NCBI RefSeq assembly: GCF_001194135.2 | Contig: NC_068981.1 | Location: forward strand, 45,067,289 to 45,131,288 | Reading direction: 5' to 3' | Source: Octopus bimaculoides | Lineage: Eukaryota | Length of the DNA stretch: 64,000 bases | In this document: in pieces, positions 52,967 through 64,000 of the stretch | Layout: each line of letters opens with the position of its first letter | How positions within the stretch are numbered: position 1 is the stretch's first letter | Made by a program: the position numbers and the translations under genes | Notes under the pieces: generated by a model | Told to the model about the DNA's origin: nothing | The model's database searches: none | Seen by the model: the letters and a program-made list of their open reading frames with translations, nothing else

Positions 52967-52977
52967 CATAGAAAGTA

Positions 52978-53083
52978 TGAAAGGCGAGGTTGATCTTGGT
53001 GGCATCTGAAATCAGAACACAAAGAACCCACAGAAATTTCTCTTAGTGTTTTGTCCGTGCAGCAACCATTCCACCAGCTCGCC
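52978..53083 (-). mobile_element. Family-A SINE 5' fragment
   Basis: TGAAAGGCGAGGTTGATCTTGGTGGCATCTGAAATCAGAAC..CATTCCACCAGCTCGCC. Confidence 0.7.
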
Positions 53084-56000
53084 GACGTTGTAATTACAAT
53101 AATACTAATGACAATAAAACAATTACAACAGTAAAGCTTGTATTATTTAACACATCGTGAAACAAAGCGTGGATGGCAGAACAGGCTGTATTGGATAACT
53201 AATAATTATGTTCGAGTAAGCCCTCCTACCAAAAAAAAAAAAAAAAAACATATCTCAAAACGCTTTCATGATCCAGAATTGCAATACGTATTACGAAATA
53301 CAGATGCTTCTCTTGAAACCATCTGCTCTGCTTCCCCAAACCCTCTGACTTGAACAATGGTACACAGTTTAGCGGCTGCATCTAGACCTGAAATCTGCAT
53401 CTAGATCTGAAATGTTTAATGAGCTATTCATGCTTATAAAGCGACTCTACGTAAGCGACTCTGTGTAAGGACATGTTGAAGTGACAACTTACTGCTCTGA
53501 AAACATAGGGAATTCTATCTTTAAGGTTATTGGAGTATTTCAACAGTAACATTTTAGTAAATACATACTTCAACTGTCAGTCGAATATTTCTCGTTCTGT
53601 CAGAATATGTTTCTACTCCTCCGTGAATTTCGTTGGTTATAAGATTTTGCGTGCAGCGGTGTTGTTCATCTACGCAATGTTGCTGCTGAATATGGTTCTT
53701 TAAATCGTGTTTGTTTTTCTTGATTATAACGCTTTATGTGTGCTACACATATATTTTTTATTTTCGTTGCGTGTAGATTAAATTCCGTTTGCATTTCTTG
53801 CAGGCTTTCCAATGTTAGTGCTGTCTGCGCGGTTGATTGTTGTCGTGCTCGATTTGGGTTTGATATTACATTGTATCAAATTAGAGCTAAAAGTCACCAC
53901 GCTGAATATGAGTTTCCATCACAATGTGACCATTGCTATGTTTTACAGTTGTATTCTTTTTAGTGAAAATATCAATGTAAGAACGCATATCTTTAAATTT
54001 TGGAAACTTCTAGTATTTGACGTGTATTGTTCTCAAATGCACTTTGAAAGTTGTGAAATCTGGTCAAGTTACTTTCTGAATTTTAACACACTTATATATA
54101 TCGCTACTTTTTCTAAAATGTATTTGTTTCGGGAGATCTGGTTCGTGTGCTTGCCCCATATTGCATGTGATGTGATAAGCAACTACAAATAAGGAATTAA
54201 AGCATGGAGTTTTACATATAACTCCTTTATTTTGCCTAACGTAAACATAAGGCACGTTACGCATATGATCAAAGTTACAGAGAAATATTTTTTATACGTT
54301 GTTATATTTTGAATTCCTTTCAACATGCTAAGATGTTATATTAAAGGTGTTTTTAGAACTGTCCCAGAAGGGCATGTTTAGCATTCAGTACATAATTTAG
54401 ATAATCCCATGCCTTTATGCTTCAGTTTAGCTCTGTATTTATGTATTAAACATCCGGCGTTATTTGTTCTCTTAGAACAACGATAGTTACCAATAGTAAT
54501 CGACGATTACGTCGCCATAATCTTCATACATGGAAGAATCTTAATATAACAACGGTTTCCTTTCGACCAAGATTATATTGCACTGCTGTTGGCTCAAGCG
54601 GAATATACATTAGAGCTTGCAGCAAATTTCTAGGCATAGAAGAATAAAATTTTACAAAATAAAAATCGATTTGTGTGAAATCGTTTTTGTCTAAGATATC
54701 ATTAATTTGCGTGATATTGGTGACACTGAAATGTATTCGTTTAGTCTCCCGACTAGCCTTATTTGTGAGGGTATTGAAGGCAATAAATAAGTTCTGATAA
54801 CAGCGCGTTCACTACTTTTGACGGAGTGGTAAAGATTTATTAATATTTACTTTCTCAGCAAAAGCTATCTTTATTTTCTACAAGAGAAACGGTCTATGTG
54901 CTGTGAGACGCTTAAAAAATGTCGTCTATATATAAATGCATATGTAATTATTTTGTCTCGCCATTTGAAATATTCCGTATGCTTGTAATAGCATTTAACA
55001 GATAAGATTTGTTTTGTCTAAAAGTAGTTTATGCGCATTTCTTGCTTAAATCATATCACACACTAAACTTAATTAAGTCTTCCACATACGTTACCGGTTA
55101 ATTTGGTTGGACGTAAACCGATGTTCTTATTGAAATTGAATTTATATGTAGGTAAGTAGCACAAATAGTTTTCGAAGATGAATACCTTGCATCTCATATT
55201 TATTATTAACATTCTGTCTTCGATACATTTTTTGTTTAATTTCCTCGTTAGCAAGCAATGCTAAATTCAGTGTGAGTATGATTAGGACTTTCTATTATTC
55301 AGTATGTAGATGCCCATTTAATTTAGTAAGTAGCCGAGGGTTACTGAACGGGATCTACATATACTAATAGTAGCAAGATATAAATGTAACGAAGAAATTG
55401 TATAGTGTGCTTCATTTACAAATTGAGACATGTGCACTAAAATTGTAAGTCATTCTTATTCAATAATATAAATATACAGCAAATGACAAATTGCATATGG
55501 TGTAGAAATATATTCATTTACGTGTAAAGTGAGCAACGCATGACTGATAAGTTGAATCTACATAAAAAAGACGAAGAAGAACTTAAACTTTAACTATAAA
55601 ACATGAATATTTCAGTTATATGACCAAGGGTGGAAGCAAGATATATTTACTGAAATTTATGTACGGAATATCAAGCATAATGATTAAACTTGTATAAACA
55701 TACACACAAACAGTCACTCACAAGCACACAAACGCACACATGCACACACACAACACACACACACAAGCACGGTGTGACATAACTACACATGTACATACAG
55801 GCTTGTATATATATTACATTAATGTGAATCAATCAGTATACATATCTATGTACGTCTATGTACATCTAAGCATAAAACTATATATGTAATGGAGAAAAAA
55901 CTATTACAAGAAAATACTACACAGAAACTCTCATACGAGTGTCCAAGCATGCGTAAGCAATGCATACAATGAGAGCTTCTGGTGAATGATGAGAGTGATG

Positions 56001-56954
56001 AAAAAATAAAATAAGAAATATGAAACGAATGACTATAGCTCGCAAAGCAAAAACGTGCGGTTTCTTATACGTTGTGCTGTACAAGACAATCTTGTGTGTA
56101 CAGAAAATTGATTTCAATACTGATTCCGTTCAGTAAATGTATATACGTTCAATTTATTCAGATGTAACTGGAACAATTGGATGTCTAGAACATAACGTGT
56201 AAGCATAGATAGGAATCTATGTACATTAATAACTGTTAAATATAGAAATGTAGGTGTATAAAGGGTAACGAGGGCAAATATATGTACTACAAATAGCGCG
56301 TCGTTAAAGGGACATAACCACAAATCTTTGAAGCTATCCGTAATGAAACACAGAAGATATGAACTAAAAGATATAAGAAAGCCTCACATATCTTCAAATG
56401 AAGTGTGTAACGTGTTCCTGACAAGCTGAATATATCTAAGAGGTATTAAGAGGAGCATTTAAACTATATACAACGATGAATTATTACAGATTTTAATTTC
56501 TAGAAGAGTTAGCAATAAATAGCTGCTCATCAGAACTTCTCTCAACTGCAAAGTCCAATATCTGGAAAGGATACAAACTTCAGATCACTCTCGCTATATT
56601 ATATTCATGTATTAACTTAGACACCGAGATGCTTGTTTGGCACCAATGTTTAATATTTCTACCCCATTTGAAAATTACATATTTCACTATGATTGTTTAT
56701 GAAAACATCATGCTTATAGCTTCATTATCTTTATTAACGACCAATAAAGAAATTGGGCTGTTATGCAACGGTAAGGATTTACATAATGATATGTTGCGGT
56801 TTATGCTATCTACTTTGCAATGTCAATAGATATCCTAGCATTTGAAACGCGTGCAGTGATATTTTTATTACTTATTCCTTCTCACACGTACACAGACTCA
56901 CACAAACACGCACACATATGTACGTATGTATATACATTTATATACACATAGACA

Positions 56955-56999
56955 GACAAACATATAGACAGACAGACAGACAGACAGACAAATAGATAT

Positions 57000-57046
<47 letters not shown>

Positions 57047-57065
57047 TATAGATAGATAGATATAC
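56955..57065. repeat. (AGAC)n(AGAT)n microsatellite
   Basis: Direct reading. Confidence 0.95.
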
Positions 57066-57339
57066 ATATTAACAAACATATGCATGTTTATAAACGGTCT
57101 GAAATATTAAAATTCAATTTTTCAAGCACGGATGAAATAAATTAGCGAACCAAGAGTTGGCTTATACAATTTATAGCTCGTGCTTGTTATACTGAGAGCA
57201 ACCATGGACAACCATATCATTTGTAGCATTATATCATACGTTTGATTTTTAATGTTTCATAAACAGTACCATAAATATATCTGAGGAAAACTACGTTATA
57301 GTACTTAGTGGAAAATGCAAATTTTATAGCTTTAAACCG

Positions 57340-57900
57340 ATTTTTAAGAGCATAGTAACATCGATAAAAAGATGGTGAATGAGGAGGACTAGTGATACTG
57401 AGGTGGAAAGAGCGATGGAAGGAAATGTAAGATGAAGAATGCGAAGATATAAGTCAAATTGGTAGCGAAAGATTGTGGGATACATACATTTCGATAAATG
57501 TTAAACATGTAAAGATGTAAGGATTTAGACATTTAAGATAAAACTCGTTATGACAAATTATAAATTTAGCTTTGAGGAAAATAGTAAGAAAGAATTCATT
57601 AACATAAAGAAAATACGAAGAGGAAAGAATAAAATAGCCGTAGATTACATTTTTGCGGCCTTGATATAGATTAAGCTCTCAAAATTGTAGACAAGATGGA
57701 AGTCTGTATAATAATGTAAAGTATTAAAAATTGTTTATGAAAGAATTGGAAGATAAAGTGAAGAAGAATATAAGGTAAAGTAGAAAATTTAAGAAGTACA
57801 ACTATAAAAAATCGCTTTATATAACTTTGAACTGAATTTTAAGCTCTATGTTATCACAAGAATGTAGCCCTTTTTTTATATATGATAGTAAATAATGAAG
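57340..57900 (+). mobile_element. Possible very old LINE RT remnant
   Basis: Purine-skewed strand; fragments EVERAME, VDYIFA, LDID*AL.IVD faintly resemble the RT LDIxKAYD.VD motif. Confidence 0.25.
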
Positions 57901-58494
57901 AATGACGAGATGTAGGTGGAAATACAGATTTTTGATTATCAAAGACGATTGGACGTATTTGACTCACGAAATAAAAATGAATGTATTCCGAAAATCGATG
58001 GCAACAGTTAGCTGTTGCTCTACACTGTTTGCTAAGACGAAAATAACCATTTTCACGTTATATTCCAGAGACATCTTATGGTACATATTACATATAATGT
58101 CGCCACATTGGTAAGTTCCTCCACTCCTAATTGTGGACCTGGTGAAATTACAGGAATTTTTTTTCTTTTTGATTCAGGCAGTGGTTACAACTTCCTATGA
58201 GGATTAAACTTTGAAAATAATATTATAAAATAACTGCTAGCCGCTATGTCGAAAAGCCAAAGTATATTTTGTTAAGTTTACGTATTAACAGAAGAGATAT
58301 ACGAAGCACGCTACGCAAATGCTATAACTCGTATCATGGATCATCCCCCATCATGGCTACACTCTAATGAATGAATAACCAAATGAATATACATGTGTTT
58401 CTGTGCGGTGTATTTGTGTGTGAGTAAAACAGTGTAATAAAAAACTGCCTAAATTAGATATAAGGTACGTTCATTATAAATTATAGAATTGTGT

Positions 58495-58558
<64 letters not shown>

Positions 58559-58915
58559 TTCTATTCTTTTATTCTCTCACACACCCATTCTTTCTCTCTC
58601 TTTTCTTATTACTCATATTGCCACCATCAACACTACTACTCTTAATAAAACGGCATTAACTCTCCCTAAATTTCTTTGTCCCTCTTTATTTCTTTCTTTA
58701 TCTCTCTCTCTTTCTCTCTCTCTGTCTGTCTTCTCTACTGCCCTCACCGTCTCTATGCCGATTATCACTCTCACCCCATCATGTTAAATAGAAGGAGCGT
58801 CATTGAATAGTGAGAGAGGGTACTTAAATGTGACACGCTGACACACACACATTTGCTTCCGCGTTAATTATATTTGATATATTTGGTATATATATATATA
58901 TATATATATAAAGAA

Positions 58916-58946
<31 letters not shown>

Positions 58947-60356
58947 GACAGAGAGGGGGAAAAGAAGGAATAAAAATAGATGAGTGTACAAGTACAAATC
59001 CTTTACGGCTGTTTCTATCATGTGGCCTCAGAATCGTCCATGTCATCATCATCATGTCAGTGATATAAAGAGATGAACAAACATTGGACAGAGATTGGAT
59101 AATGCTTGAGCCTCAAGGCTTCTTCAGAGAGGAAGCTAACATGTAGGAAATTCAATTAGAATAATAGAGTAGGCTAAATAACATAAAATAGAGTAAAATA
59201 GCTAAAAATAATGAATAATCTAAAGTAATAGACATGGTAAGGGAAAGTAAGAACTTCATTTTCAGGTGTTATTATATATCCGTTGTATTACATCACGTGG
59301 TAAGTAAGTAAAGTCACTCTAAGAAATACCAAGTTACAAGTATATATATAAATAATACACATGAGCAAATGCATTAAATTTATGAGAGAACGTTTTGGAA
59401 AACAAAACCGTTTGTGAATCCGATATACTGGATTCAGAATTGTCTATACCTATATAACGCATTACTCTGCAACCTGTACACAATGTTCTTCTTGCCTATA
59501 TATTGCAAAAATAAAATACAACAATTGTTGGCCGGTTTACGTGGCAGTGCTTCACTATTCATTCGTATTTGCGTTTTCACATAAGTTGGCTATATAATAT
59601 TCTACATATTAGATTACTTCTGCTATGACTTATATCAGAGATCATGACTTAAAATTAAGTATTATAGATTACATATTGTTCACCTTAGGTTAGTTGCTGA
59701 AAATCGAAAAAGAGAAAAGAGAAATAGATATCAAATTACAAATAAGATATTGCCAAGATAAACTGCAGGTGGATCTGGCTTTTCAGCGAAAGAGATAAAA
59801 ATAATTTGGAAACAAAATGATTGAATATGCGAGTGAAAAAATGGAACGAAGTAACCAGAAATGGAACACTACTTAGACAAAATTAAATATACTCAAAATA
59901 TCTAGTTGGCAGTAATAGAGAATTAAGTGATATTACTGATAGATTTCCACGTATTTTGTTTTCCTCTTGCGGATATCTATATTAAATTTGGTCACATATT
60001 TTCAAGCAAAACGCAAGTACATTTCTACCTAACAAAGAGTAGCAGTTGAGATAACTAATGAATTATAAAAATATATATGTGAATGCATATATGCATTAGA
60101 TCGGCCGCTTTTAAAATGTGTTTGGGAGTGCGATATTATTACTCATCGATATGATATTTCAACCAAGAATTATCTGATTTAGGGCATATAAAGTGAGTGT
60201 ACAGTAGAATTATCCCATCGCTATTCTATTGTGAGAATCCACTGAAAATGACACATAATAAAGATAATGACGTGTGTGTTAGGAAATGAAACATGCAATG
60301 AACATATTAAATGACGTGATGGCTTCGAATTAAGAATCAATAATTCCGCTCATAGG

Positions 60357-60448
<92 letters not shown>

Positions 60449-60578
60449 CAGAGAGAGAGATGAGTGTGCGCAATAAAAAAGGTAAATTAAGAGCGTATAT
60501 TAACGTGCTAAACTTGACATGTGTGACTTAACATTTAGCACATAAAAATACCGTTTGGCTGTCACTTAGGTCTAATTA

Positions 60579-61761
60579 CAGTGTACAACATATATGAATA
60601 TTATTTCGACTACGGAGATGAACATAACATTTTCTAGCGTAGTTTTATGCGTAGACCACAAAAATGGCAACCGTAAGGAATCTACTTTATGGTAATTCAG
60701 CTTTTTAATATTAGGATATTTTTATAATTTCAATCTTTATTATCTTACAGCAGTTCAGAAAAAAAATTATTTATAAATATTTAATTAAATTTTAAATTAG
60801 AATAAAATGTACATTAAACTGCTACGAAGCTGGTGTAAAAATCAAACAGACAAATTTTTTTATATCTGTGGTACTATGGTATTCCAGAAGAATACAAGAA
60901 CAATACGTCGTTGGTTTATAAACAGTATTACTTATATTTTGATGTCAATATAGGAGACCAAGATAAAGTTTGGGCACAACATGTACCAATGGTCTTTCAA
61001 AATGGTCTTTGAGAAAGATAGGAATTATGCAGTTTGGCATTCCAATGATTTGCCGCGAAACACAAGTGATTGTTGATTGCTATTCGGCAAATGTTTGACA
61101 GGCGATAATTTTGAAAACACCTTAAATGCATTAGAATTGGATGCATCGCAAAGTTTCAAGAACGTATGTAACGGTCCACTTGGGAAGCACAGAGCTGCCA
61201 ATTATGAAGTACTTGTAGAAACGTTTATTGATTCCTTACAAATCATTAGGGTGTTAAATCATTATGTCTTTAAAAGTTCACTATTTGCATTCGCATCTAG
61301 CTTTATTTCCTCAGAATGCAGCAGACGTCAGCGACAAGCATGGTGAGAGATTCCAAGACATAAGTAAAATGGAAACTCGATATAAGGGGAAAAGGAGACC
61401 CGCTATGCTTGCTGACTTCTGCTGGTTTCTTCTGAGCGATAGACCTGATGCTAAACATAGAAAGAAACAGAAATATGTTACTAAAAAATAAATGTTCTTC
61501 CTTTGATAAAAGCCGCAAGTAACGTATTTACTATCAATAACAGCCCATTTTGCAGAAAACTCGCTTTAATTCTAGGAACAAATGTTATTTTCACTGAAAA
61601 TGGCTCAATGCCTAGCAAAAACATACTGTTTAGTGCCAGGTCATTTTACGAAACACCGGAGTCGTTTCATGAAAAACGGTTTCATTTTCGTTATCTGTGG
61701 TAAAATCTGTTCCAGAAAAATTATTTTCTCTTCTCTGTAGCAAAATCGTTATTGTGCAGTG
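60579..61761 (+). mobile_element. Chapaev3-like (CMC) DNA transposon, internally deleted, TTA TSD
   Basis: TTA|CAGTGTACAA..ATTGTGCAGTG|TTA; transposase pieces FYICG, GDQDKVWA, FGIPMICRE..DCY, MSLKVHYLHSHLALFPQNAADVSDKHGERFQDISKMETRYKGK..MLADFCW. Confidence 0.85.
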
Positions 61762-61799
61762 TTACCAGTGACTGGTTGCATCATTGCAAGGAAATATAT

Positions 61800-61808
61800 G
61801 AATGTGTA

Positions 61809-61842
<34 letters not shown>

Positions 61843-61995
61843 TGAGTGTGCGTTTGTGCGTGCGTGTTTGTGTGTGTGGGCGTGTGTCTGTGTGTGTATA
61901 CGTGTGTGTCTGTGCGTGCGTGTATATGTGTGTGTATGTATATATGTATGTATGTATGCATGGATGTATGTATGTGTGAATGTGTGTGTGTATGT
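61800..61995. repeat. (TG)/(TATG)n microsatellite
   Basis: Direct reading. Confidence 0.9.
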
Positions 61996-62714
61996 AACAA
62001 TTTTCACTGGTACTACACTTGAATACCACAAATAAAATGGTATAATTACGATATAAAAATATTGAAGGAAATAGAGAAATATACTTGACATAATAAAAAT
62101 ATCTTTATATGGTAATATAATAAAGGTATACTATAACAAGATACACTATAATCCAACACATAATAAAAACAAATATAAATCCACTAGTAAATTTATGAAA
62201 ACTCACCATTATGCTATGTATCCTCAGGGTACGAGAAGTGCCAAATCATAAAAGAGACTGATTTAAAATATACCTATGCTTACAAGTGTGAGCGTTGATA
62301 ATTCAGAAATATAATGAATATAATACAAAACAAGAACAACATTCAAATAGATAAAATAATTCAGTAAAGAAAAATTGTAACGGTCGTAAAGTATTCTTAT
62401 GCATCTCCAATAATGCTAATTTAAAGATATTTTAATCTAAAATAAAGGCTATATAATTTGCTACATAATAAGATCTATATTATATGCTAAGAAATTATGG
62501 TAGAGTATGAAATATATTTTATTTAAAATTTCTATATACTTATGATGAAAAAAATATATAGATAAAGATATATTTTATTGAGACACCAAATTCATTAAAA
62601 GAAAATTTTGATCAACAGTTCATTCACTGAAAATATTCTACTAAATAGGCCGATGTTAAACAAACGTATAAAGCTTCGATTATTGTAAACTATACTGCTT
62701 CTTACGTAAGAATG

Positions 62715-62752
<38 letters not shown>

Positions 62753-62888
62753 NNNNNNNNNNNNNNNNNNNNNNNNNNNNNNNNNNNNNNNNNNNNNNNN
62801 NNNNNNNNNNNNNNNNNNNNNNNNNNNNNNNNNNNNNNNNNNNNNNNNNNNNNNNNNNNNNNNNNNNNNNNNNNNNNNNNNNNNNNNN

Positions 62889-62906
62889 ACGACGCTCTTC
62901 CGATCT
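62889..62906 (+). other. Illumina adapter remnant (assembly artefact)
   Basis: ACGACGCTCTTCCGATCT, an exact 18-nt match to the 3' end of the TruSeq universal adapter, directly at a gap edge. Confidence 0.95.
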
Positions 62907-63867
62907 ATATATATGTGAAGTATCAGCATTTTACTTAGCTTTACAAAAGGAAATAAATTAGAGTAAGCCAATAGTTTATTATTCTATAATGTTCATGTGC
63001 ATACAAGTCTGAAAGAACAAAATATAACGATATATACTATGTATTATAGGCTATACAAAAAAATATTTATATATGCATAATTATTCAAAAATATATGTAA
63101 TTATGGATAATAATTATTCAAATCTCTTTATTCGTACTAATATAAATATTATGCTTAGTAAATAACAAGTAAAAAACAAGACTTAGTTTCTGAGAGGAAA
63201 ATACCACTGTAAATCAATGTTTCTGTATTTATACTTTCATTGATTACGGAAAAACAACCGGGAATACGTACTTACAATAGAAATGTGTTTAATGAGTATA
63301 GGGTCTTTTTTTTTAATAAAATTATTTATTACTATTATTAATTTTCGCTTATATACATATAATCATTTTATATAAATATGATAGCATAGTTAAAACTTAT
63401 ATCTTAATGTTAAATAGGAATATAGCGATATAGTTTACAATTAAGACGAATATATTCTATGGTACATAATATTAAATTTATAAATTAATCCACCGAAACA
63501 TTATAGATATCCTCCTTAATACACTAGTTTAAAGCTACAAACCTTTCAGTTAAAATAAAATAAAAACAACTTACGTATCATTCAGTAAAATAACAACTAT
63601 TATGCTTCAAGCTACAAACCATTAAGTTTAAATAAGGAACTTACAAAACGTTAAGAATAATAACAACATTTGGCCTCAAATAGCATTACGTTAAATAATC
63701 TTGGCACAAATATTCCGTCCTCTTGCCTAACTTCAAAATTTACCACAGCCTAATGCACCACTCAATTCTTTAATTTGAAAAAATAAATTAATAGAAATTA
63801 GTATCACATTATCGATTCATATATTAATTAGTTTATTTATCATTGTAATTTTTTAAGATGCATGGAA

Positions 63868-63939
63868 ATTCATATATATACATACATACATACACACACA
63901 CATGCGCGCGCACACACATACACACACACATACACACAC

Positions 63940-64000
<61 letters not shown>
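63868..64000. repeat. (AT)/(AC)n microsatellite
   Basis: Direct reading. Confidence 0.9.

Noticed and set aside
7297-53083. tRNA-like A/B-box sequences as tRNA genes
   Set aside because: All lie in SINE heads with SINE bodies or tails; no complete cloverleaf was seen.
53386-53470. Two adjacent short tandem duplications (CTGCATCTAGA.CTGAAAT x2; TAAGCGACTCT-like x2)
   Set aside because: Two-unit slippage repeats, not CRISPR-like (no spacers).
53736-54192. Overlapping ORFs after a strong acceptor-like site (TTTCTTGCAG at ~53802)
   Set aside because: No recognisable product or matching donor; insufficient to call an exon.
54320-54460. Weak hairpin around AAGGGCATG..CATGCCTTT
   Set aside because: Low arm identity in AT-rich DNA; likely chance.
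57902-58215. ORF followed by a GTAAGT..TTCAG mini-intron-like segment (58111-58178)
   Set aside because: The spliced product stops within ~11 codons and the peptide is unrecognisable.
91-64000. Numerous listed ORFs made of HT/CV/YI/LS repeats or spanning X runs (e.g. 8075-9052, 30746-31810, 50842-51818)
   Set aside because: Artefacts of microsatellites and N gaps; no coding signal.

Overview
AT-rich, microsatellite-dense eukaryotic DNA with 13 N-gaps. The SINE families and composition suggest a cephalopod (Octopus-like) draft assembly; this is an inference. No host protein-coding exon, rRNA or tRNA gene could be supported, and most listed ORFs are microsatellite or gap artefacts. The window is a transposon graveyard containing three tRNA-derived SINE families, L1/Tx1-like, R4/Dong-like (RLE) and CR1-like LINEs, several Penelope-like (RT + GIY-YIG) pieces, and mariner, hAT, Chapaev3-like and possibly Helitron DNA-transposon remnants. 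The most notable structures are: (1) an unexplained ~535-bp imperfect palindrome centred on base 1516; (2) a young L1/Tx1-like LINE inserted, with a 12-bp TSD, into the tRNA-like head of a SINE; (3) a Penelope element with inverted arms, each carrying a U3:A8-type hammerhead-ribozyme-like motif; (4) a cluster of R4/Dong-like copies next to trinucleotide tracts; (5) a 55-bp inverted repeat pair 2.4 kb apart; and (6) a Chapaev3-like element with termini and TTA TSD. An Illumina adapter remnant lies at 62889-62906. All family calls come from manual translation and motif recognition, with no database search.
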